From: Halodesulfurarchaeum sp.
Lineage (GTDB): Archaea; Halobacteriota; Halobacteria; Halobacteriales; Halobacteriaceae
Assembly: GCA_042216015.1 (NCBI GenBank)
Contig: JBDGUI010000021.1
Coordinates: forward strand, 1 to 13,989
Direction: 5' to 3'
DNA length: 13,989 nucleotides
How positions within the stretch are numbered: position 1 is the first letter of the stretch; each line of letters starts with the position of its first letter. Below, piece after piece: positions 1-6,582 of the stretch. Under the pieces are notes generated by a model. The model worked only from the letters and a program-made list of their open reading frames with translations. It searched no databases and had not been told where the DNA came from. The position numbers and the translations under genes were made by a program.

Positions 1-2364
1 ATTTACCGCGAAAACGACGCCCAGGCAGTCGGCACGAATACCTTCGGCGACCGACTCACGGCGGTGACCGTCGAGAACAACGGCTCGCTTGCGAACCGCT
101 ACATCGAGTCCATCGCACTTAAATCCAATTCGACCACGGTCGCGACCGTCACGAGTCCCACCCCAAATGGAACCTGGGTAATCGAGCCCACGCCCGACCA
201 GGGGTGGTTCGGACCGGCAGAATCCAGAACGTTCAGTCTCCACCCGACCCTGACTGCGGGCGCACCTGGCGGGGAAACCGTGGCGCTCGAAATTCCGCCC
301 GTCAGTGATTCCGACAGCGACGGAGCCTACGATCCGGGCGAAACGGGGCTCTTTTTCGAACAGGACGATCCACGGGGCGGATTCGGGCCGGGCCCGCTAC
401 TGCGGGTCCCGGGTGATGCGGGCGGCCCAAGCGAGCCGGAGCCGCCCTCGCCAATTGCGCTGTCAATCGACGGTCCGGACGGGAACGTGACGATGACCGA
501 GACGGGCCTGTTCGTCTCGATCACCGGCAACGTCTCCGGCCGGGCGATCGTCGCCACCCTGCAGAACGCCTCCGACGGCACGGCTGTGCAATCGAGACCG
601 ACGACACTCAATTCCACAGGCAGTACCACAGTCGTTTTCGATCCCCGACCCGGCTGGTATCGAGTGCTCGTGAAAGCCGTCAAATCCAACGGTTCGGCAG
701 TCACGGATCCCTTCGCCGTCATGTCGCCGGAACAACCCGGATTCAGAACCCGGCCGGCGTCCGTCCGTCGAGGCGAACGGACCGCCTTCGAGATCGAACT
801 CGGGGCCGCCCCAAATGGGACCCTCCGCCTCGAGGGGCCGACCGGGCACGTCCTCAAGACGGTGAAGCTCGTTCCCCGAGGCGATCATTCGGCCCTCGAA
901 CTCGCCCTCGCGACGGGGGGAATTCGACATCCCGCACCCGGGATCGGATTCGACATCCGGACATCAGAACGGGGGAGTGAAACTGGGAGTTGGATCGAAG
1001 GGAACTCGACCGAACGAGGCGCAAACGTCTCTACAGGCTGGGCCGGCGAGTCGAATCGCGGAGGGAGCGTTGGCGAGCGGGCAGGCACAAACGACACGGA
1101 GGAGATGCCCGGTCCAACCGGGCCTGGACGAAACGGGACGGTGGAAGGACCACTCGAAGCGGGCACGGGGTGGGTCGGACCCGACCCGCTCGACGTCGGT
1201 GAATATCACCTCACACTCCTGACAAACGGTGAGAGTCGGGCGAGTACCGCATTCGAGGTGCGTGCGGAGTGGAACGCGAGTTTCGAGAGCTTCGTCGTGC
1301 CGCGAACGGTCTCGCTCGACTCCCCAGCGGACGTGATGGCCCACGCCAGCCGTCGGGACGTGGTCGCGATCGGGGATCAGATCGTCGTGGCGGTGACCAC
1401 CAGCGGTCTGGGCGGCTTCGCCCGGAACATCTCGGTGAGCCGCGATCCACCGGCCGCGAATGCGTCGGCGGTCGCGCGAGTGGCTACCGCCGGGAACCGT
1501 GTCGGGCCGGGGCCACGGGTGCCGGGATCACCACCGGCGTTCGTCTCTCTCGGTCCGAAGCCTGGAACACCCAGTGCGCCATCGAATCGGGGGATGCCTG
1601 TCTTCCGAATCAACGGGTCGACACCGGGCCAGTTCTACGTCGTCGCCGAGGTGGCTGGCGAGGGAATCGAACCGGGTATCGACCTCGAAACGGCACTGGT
1701 GCTCACAACGCGTTCGCCGTTCGTTTCCCCCGGCGGGGAGAACGAGTCCGTCGATGCCGCTATCGACGTTATCGAGGCCGAAGCCGCTTTCGACGGACTC
1801 TCGCCCGACGGAACACTCGATCTGCTCCCGAGAGCGAACGCGCCGATCGAAGGAACGACCTCCGTCGCACCGGGGACGAGACTCAGTGTCCACATCGACG
1901 GGGCGAACGACTCGTTTGCGGAGACGGCGTCGGCGATCGTTGCGGACGACGGCAGCTACGAGACGACGGCGAACCTGAGTGAATACGAGCCGGGGACTGA
2001 CTACACCGTCAGCGTCACCGCCGATGGCGACCGGCTCAGCCCGACGCGATCCGGCCAGTTCATCGGTGGGGAGTCCGACCCTGCCGCAGCCGGCAGTGGC
2101 GGTGGTGGGTCCCGCTATGAGGTTCGAAGCGAGGGAGAACCCACGGAGGTTGCCGGTGAACAGACCCCGACGGCGACGACGGTCGAATCCGACGGTCCCG
2201 CACCGAATCCGATTCCGGAGTTTCCCGTGGATGCCCTCAGACAGCAGTGGTCGGCCGTTCCGAGACCGCTTCGAATCGGCCTGTCCGCGCTTCTCGTGAT
2301 GCTGCTCGGGGGACTCGCGCTGTTCTCGGTCGGACTGGGAGTGAAACGGCTCCTCTGGCCGTAG
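1..2364 (+). CDS. Cell-surface glycoprotein, 5'-truncated by the window; Ig-like/BGTF-type surface domain near the C-terminus and a C-terminal transmembrane anchor
   Basis: Frame is open from base 1 (IYRENDAQAVGTNTFGDRLTAVTVENN...), so the true start is upstream. About 20 N-X-S/T sequons counted by eye; T/S/G/P-rich. Segment IEGTTSVAPGTRLSVHIDG...AIVADDGSYETTANLS resembles the C-terminal domain of haloarchaeal surface proteins. Ends with a linker, a hydrophobic helix (IGLSALLVMLLGGLALFSVGLGV) and KR. Confidence 0.8.
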   Translation: MYRENDAQAVGTNTFGDRLTAVTVENNGSLANRYIESIALKSNSTTVATVTSPTPNGTWVIEPTPDQGWFGPAESRTFSLHPTLTAGAPGGETVALEIPPVSDSDSDGAYDPGETGLFFEQDDPRGGFGPGPLLRVPGDAGGPSEPEPPSPIALSIDGPDGNVTMTETGLFVSITGNVSGRAIVATLQNASDGTAVQSRPTTLNSTGSTTVVFDPRPGWYRVLVKAVKSNGSAVTDPFAVMSPEQPGFRTRPASVRRGERTAFEIELGAAPNGTLRLEGPTGHVLKTVKLVPRGDHSALELALATGGIRHPAPGIGFDIRTSERGSETGSWIEGNSTERGANVSTGWAGESNRGGSVGERAGTNDTEEMPGPTGPGRNGTVEGPLEAGTGWVGPDPLDVGEYHLTLLTNGESRASTAFEVRAEWNASFESFVVPRTVSLDSPADVMAHASRRDVVAIGDQIVVAVTTSGLGGFARNISVSRDPPAANASAVARVATAGNRVGPGPRVPGSPPAFVSLGPKPGTPSAPSNRGMPVFRINGSTPGQFYVVAEVAGEGIEPGIDLETALVLTTRSPFVSPGGENESVDAAIDVIEAEAAFDGLSPDGTLDLLPRANAPIEGTTSVAPGTRLSVHIDGANDSFAETASAIVADDGSYETTANLSEYEPGTDYTVSVTADGDRLSPTRSGQFIGGESDPAAAGSGGGGSRYEVRSEGEPTEVAGEQTPTATTVESDGPAPNPIPEFPVDALRQQWSAVPRPLRIGLSALLVMLLGGLALFSVGLGVKRLLWP

Positions 2365-2555
2365 CCCACGGTTCCGAACTGAAACCCCCTCGGCGTGGCG
2401 TCCAGACGATCATCGACACCTGGAACGACGATGAGAGAGTGATTCGAACCGCACCCAACGAGCGGTTCCGAAGATAAACGTCGGGTGTGAGTGCCAGGCA
2501 GTGGGAAATTGAGCCCACATTTTTGCAGCAGGGTGGCAAATAGTGTGTCGAAGTC

Positions 2556-4427
2556 ATGAGCATCGAACAGGAAGTGGAGTACGACCTCCCGATGGACCGA
2601 CTGGAGGAATCAGAGCCGCAGTGTCCGTTCGGGACAGCCGGGAGCTGTTGTCGGGTCTGTTATATGGGACCCTGTCGGGTGAGCGACAGTGAGCATGGAA
2701 TGGATCGCGGGGTCTGTGGCGCCTCGCCAGGTACCGTCGCCGCCCGGAACCTCTATCGGGCGATCGCTGCCGGGACCGCGAGTCATGCAGACCACGCCCG
2801 CGAAATCGCCGAGGTGCTGGTGGAGATCGCCGACGGGAGCCTGCAAGACTACGACATCCGAGAGCCGGAAAAACTCCGCAACATTGCCGAGGATCTGGGA
2901 CTGGATGTCTCGGGCAGTGACGGGGAAGTGGCCAAACGGGTCTCGAAAGCGGCAATCGAGGACTTCCAGGAGGGAGGTGACACGCTCAACTGGCTGGAGC
3001 GGATGCCGGCCGAACAGCGCGAGCACCTCGCCGAGCGGGGCATCCAACCACTGGAAAGCGTCGACAAGGAGGTCGCCCGGGCGATGCACCGAACCACGCA
3101 GGGGAACGACGCCGAGCCGGCTCACCTGCTCACGGGTGGGCTCGAGGCGGGACTGGCCGACGGCTATGCGGGCCTCACGATGGGGACGGACCTCCAGGAC
3201 GTCGTCTTCGGTACTCCCCAGCCGGTCCAGACGACGGCGAACCTGGGCGTGATGGAAGCGGACCAGGTCAATATCGCCGTCCACGGCCACTCGCCGGTCC
3301 TCTCGGAGATGGTGGTCAAGTACGCGGACGAGCTTGAGGACCAAGCGAAGGAGGCCGGGGCCGAGGGTATCAACGTCGTCGGCATCTGTTGTACGGGGAA
3401 TGAACTTGCCGAGCGCCAGGGGGTCCCGTTGGCGGCCCACAGCAGTCAGGCGGAACTCGCAGTGACGACAGGCGCTCTCGACGCCATGGTTGCGGACATT
3501 CAGTGTATCTGGCCAGGCATTGGTGACATCGTCGAGTGTCACCACACCCGGCTTATCACGACGGTCGACTACGTCAATATCCCCGGCGCAGAGCATGTGT
3601 CATTCGAGCCCGAGACGGCCGAATCCGACGCGAAAGATATCGTCGAGCGGGCCATCGAAGCCTTCGGAGACAGACACTCCCGCCAGGATTACGCAGTCGA
3701 AATCCCGGAAGAGCCTCGCGATGCACTCGTCGGCGTCTCCGATGATTTCGTCCTCGAAGTGCTGACTGCAGCTAACCCGGAGAGTCCCGCCCAACCCATT
3801 GTCGATGCACTGGCGGAAGGTCACCTCAAGGGAATTGTCGGAATCGTCGGTTGCCCGAATCCCAAGTCCAGGCGTGCGGAAATGACCGAAACCCTCATCG
3901 AGGACCTGCTCGCCCACGACGTGTTGCCGGTCGTGACCGGGTGCATCGGGCATATTACCGCCCAGGCTGGTTACCTCGACCCGGCGATGACCGACGAACT
4001 CGCCGGCGACGGCCTCTCGGCAGTCCTCCACCAGCTGGGAGAAGCTGCCGGCCTCGAAGGGCCCCTGCCGCCGGTCTGGCATATGGGCTCCTGTGTCGAC
4101 AACTCCCGGATTGGGAATATCGTCCGAGCGATTTCGGAGGATTCCGGTGTGCCGACACGTGAACTCCCGATCGTGGCGAGTGCGCCCGAACTCATTGCGG
4201 AGAAAGCGGTCAGTATTGGGACGTGGGCGCTGGCCCTTGGATTGCCGCTTCACACCGCTCCGACACTCCACATGGAAGATAGCGAGGAAGTCACCCACCT
4301 CATGACCGAGGCGCTGAAGGACATCACCGGCGGCTATGCCATCCAGGAAGAAGATCCGGAAGCCGCCGCCGAGGCGATCCGGGCCGCACTGGACGAGCGC
4401 CGCGAGGCCCTCTTCGGGGAGGCCTGA
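2556..4427 (+). CDS. cooS: Anaerobic Ni,Fe carbon monoxide dehydrogenase catalytic subunit
   Basis: D/B-cluster cysteines in QCPFGTAGSCCRVCYMGPC...GVCGA; proton-relay HADH; C-cluster ligand motifs AVHGHSP, GICCTGNE, DIQCIWP, IVGCPNPK, VTGCIG, HMGSCVDNSR; catalytic Lys in AEKAVSIG; 623 aa; adjacent cooC. Confidence 0.97.
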   Translation: MSIEQEVEYDLPMDRLEESEPQCPFGTAGSCCRVCYMGPCRVSDSEHGMDRGVCGASPGTVAARNLYRAIAAGTASHADHAREIAEVLVEIADGSLQDYDIREPEKLRNIAEDLGLDVSGSDGEVAKRVSKAAIEDFQEGGDTLNWLERMPAEQREHLAERGIQPLESVDKEVARAMHRTTQGNDAEPAHLLTGGLEAGLADGYAGLTMGTDLQDVVFGTPQPVQTTANLGVMEADQVNIAVHGHSPVLSEMVVKYADELEDQAKEAGAEGINVVGICCTGNELAERQGVPLAAHSSQAELAVTTGALDAMVADIQCIWPGIGDIVECHHTRLITTVDYVNIPGAEHVSFEPETAESDAKDIVERAIEAFGDRHSRQDYAVEIPEEPRDALVGVSDDFVLEVLTAANPESPAQPIVDALAEGHLKGIVGIVGCPNPKSRRAEMTETLIEDLLAHDVLPVVTGCIGHITAQAGYLDPAMTDELAGDGLSAVLHQLGEAAGLEGPLPPVWHMGSCVDNSRIGNIVRAISEDSGVPTRELPIVASAPELIAEKAVSIGTWALALGLPLHTAPTLHMEDSEEVTHLMTEALKDITGGYAIQEEDPEAAAEAIRAALDERREALFGEA

Positions 4428-4430
4428 TCC

Positions 4431-5318
4431 ATGTGTGAGGACTGTGGTGCCCACGGTGAGGACGCGGGTCATTCCCATCCTGCCAAATCCCGGCACAGTC
4501 AAAGTCAGGACCACGGGGCGGATCACACCCATTCGGAATGGGAACGGGCCGGTGAATTGTCGGACGGGATTCGCGTCGCAGTGACCGGCAAAGGTGGCGT
4601 GGGAAAGACCACCCTCTCGGCGGCCATCGCCGCTCATCTCGGGGCCCATCGTGAGGTGGTTGCCGTCGATGCGGATCCGGACATGAACCTGGCCTCCGCC
4701 CTGGGCGTTGAAGAGCCGCCACCCATCACGACGGAGCGCGAACTCATCGAGGAACGCGCCGGCGGGAGCGGGCTCGTCAACCTCACGCCCGAAGTTCGAG
4801 ACGTGCTTGACTCACATTCGACCGAGTTCGGGGGCGGTGGTCGATTGCTCACCATCGGTGCCCCGACGGGGGCGAACAGCGGGTGCATGTGCCCGGAGAA
4901 CAGTTTCGTTCGGACCCTGGTCTCGACGGCTCTGGGCGAGGATGCGGTTGTCCTCGACATGGAGGCGGGCGTCGAGCATCTCGGCCGTGGCACCGCCGAG
5001 TCCGTCGACGCGATGCTCGTGGTAGTCGAGCCCTCACAGGCCTCGATCGACACGGCCACGCGGATCCAGGAGTTCGCCGACGAGCTCGGCATCGAGAACG
5101 TGCAGGCCGTCGTGAACAAAACCCGCGACAACGCCGATCTCGTCGAATCGGCCCTGCCCGTTCCGGTCATCGCCACCCTGCCATACGATGAAGATATCGC
5201 CTCGGCAGCGATCGCCGGCCGGCCGCCGGTCGGTGAGAGCCGGGCACTTCGGGGGGTGGCTGCACAGATCGTCACTCGGCTGGCCGAGGCCAAAGAAGAG
5301 ACCCTCCCGACGGCGTAG
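4431..5318 (+). CDS. cooC: CODH nickel-insertion ATPase CooC with an N-terminal Cys/His-rich extension
   Basis: Deviant Walker A GKGGVGKTT, VDADPDMNL, metal-binding CxC (GCMCPEN), DMEAGVEHLGRG; ATG lies 3 nt after the cooS stop. Confidence 0.94.
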   Translation: MCEDCGAHGEDAGHSHPAKSRHSQSQDHGADHTHSEWERAGELSDGIRVAVTGKGGVGKTTLSAAIAAHLGAHREVVAVDADPDMNLASALGVEEPPPITTERELIEERAGGSGLVNLTPEVRDVLDSHSTEFGGGGRLLTIGAPTGANSGCMCPENSFVRTLVSTALGEDAVVLDMEAGVEHLGRGTAESVDAMLVVVEPSQASIDTATRIQEFADELGIENVQAVVNKTRDNADLVESALPVPVIATLPYDEDIASAAIAGRPPVGESRALRGVAAQIVTRLAEAKEETLPTA

Positions 5319-5365
5319 CGACTCTGCCGCTGGGTTGACGGAGTCGTTTGGTTATTTCCGTTATT
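5317..5365 (+). terminator. Hairpin plus T-rich tract directly after cooC; candidate terminator between convergent genes
   Basis: CGACTC (5319-5324) and GAGTCG (5341-5346) are inverted arms, extendable by G-U pairs, followed by TTTGGTTATTTCCGTTATT. Confidence 0.55.
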
Positions 5366-5372
5366 GAACGCT

Positions 5373-6500
5373 CTACGATCGCTCAGTTTGACTTTCGGTG
5401 ATGTCCGCAATGACTGCTTCAAGAGTCTCGATGGGAATGTCGTACTTCTCCGAGAGCTCCTGCAAGTCCGCGGGTGAGATGGGTACCCCATCACTATCGG
5501 TTTCAGGTTCGATTGAATTGGAGTCGGACTTGTCGACCGGATCGAGCGTTTCCTCACTCACGTCGAGTGAAACGGCGTCCCACCGGGTGTAGTGGCCCAT
5601 GGCATCGAAGTAGGCTTTCGTCGCACGGCGCTCGTCGCGGTCGAACTCGGCCGTCAGCAACCCCTCCTCGTCGAGGAGTGGCCCGGCCCTGACGATGCCG
5701 GCTGGATTGACGAGCATGCTTCCCCCGGCGCCGACGTTGAATCCGAGTTCCTCCTCGGAGAACGCTTCCGGAATGTCATCGCTCATGTACGCCGAGGCCG
5801 AGACGACGAAGGATTGGGTCTCGAAGGCGTATTCCCTCACGGCCGGATAGATGTCACAGCTTTCGGTCGCTCCCGCATCTTCGGCCCGGGTTTTGTCCCC
5901 GGGGTGGACGTGTTGCTCCCAGAAGCCCGGCCAGACGGCGGCATGGATCTCCTCGCCCTGCGCCATGAGGGCGGCCTTGGAGAGCGTCATGTGATTCTCA
6001 TAGCAGACCAGTCCACCCAGCTGGCCGATGTCGCTTCCGTAGGTTTGGAGACTCGCGGGATCGCCCCGACCCCAGATCGCCCGTTCCTCGTGGGTCGGCA
6101 TCAACTTCCGGTGGCGGCCCACCAGGTCGCCGTGCCGGTCGAAGTAGAAAAGGGAGTTGTAGAGCGTATCGCTTCCCGGCCGGTCACTCAGTTCGTTCGT
6201 CCCGAGGACGAGATAGAGGTCGGCCTCGGCGACCGCATCGCCGATGATATCGATCGCGTCGTCCTCGACGTGGAGGCTGTGTTTCTGCAGGTCGACCATC
6301 AGCTCGGTCCATCGGGGGATGGACACACTGCCGCGCCAGTAGGGGTACCCCGGAAAGTACGTTTCCGGGAAGACGACGAGGTCCGCCCCCCGGTCGCCCG
6401 CCTTCTCGATCCACCGACAGGTCTTCTCGAGTGTGCCTTCCTTGTCGTGATAGACGGGTTCGACCTGTGCGGCAGCGAGTGTGAACGATTCACGATCCAT
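5373..6500 (-). CDS. Nitrilase (carbon-nitrogen hydrolase family, nitrilase branch)
   Basis: Glu-Lys-Cys triad in VVFPETYFPGYP, HRKLMPTHEERAIWG and GGLVCYENHM; N-terminal LAAAQVEPV; C-terminal FDAMGHYTR. Start placed at ATG 6500 (MDRESFTL), not the ORF-track start at 6566. Confidence 0.9.
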   Translation of the reverse strand: MDRESFTLAAAQVEPVYHDKEGTLEKTCRWIEKAGDRGADLVVFPETYFPGYPYWRGSVSIPRWTELMVDLQKHSLHVEDDAIDIIGDAVAEADLYLVLGTNELSDRPGSDTLYNSLFYFDRHGDLVGRHRKLMPTHEERAIWGRGDPASLQTYGSDIGQLGGLVCYENHMTLSKAALMAQGEEIHAAVWPGFWEQHVHPGDKTRAEDAGATESCDIYPAVREYAFETQSFVVSASAYMSDDIPEAFSEEELGFNVGAGGSMLVNPAGIVRAGPLLDEEGLLTAEFDRDERRATKAYFDAMGHYTRWDAVSLDVSEETLDPVDKSDSNSIEPETDSDGVPISPADLQELSEKYDIPIETLEAVIADITESQTERS

Positions 6501-6523
6501 ACGTCGATAGTCGTCGGGTCTCG

Positions 6524-6536
6524 TGAAAGTTGTTCG
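6524..6536 (-). promoter_or_regulatory. Weak BRE/TATA-like element for a leaderless nitrilase transcript
   Basis: Minus strand CGAACAACTTTCA at -36 to -24 relative to ATG 6500. Position fits a haloarchaeal promoter, but the match to consensus is poor. Confidence 0.25.
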
Positions 6537-6582
6537 TACGGGTGGTATTTTGGCCGGCACAGCCAACCGATACTGACCCGTT

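Noticed and set aside
2247..2477. 76-aa ORF running into the cooS upstream region
   Set aside because: Half overlaps the surface-protein gene out of frame, is basic in composition and has no motif; a gene remnant cannot be excluded but is unsupported.
2556..4427. Hybrid cluster protein (Hcp) or Cdh-type ACDS subunit / Wood-Ljungdahl pathway
   Set aside because: C-cluster ligands and the adjacent cooC indicate CooS; it lacks the extra ferredoxin-like clusters of CdhA and no ACS genes are in the window.
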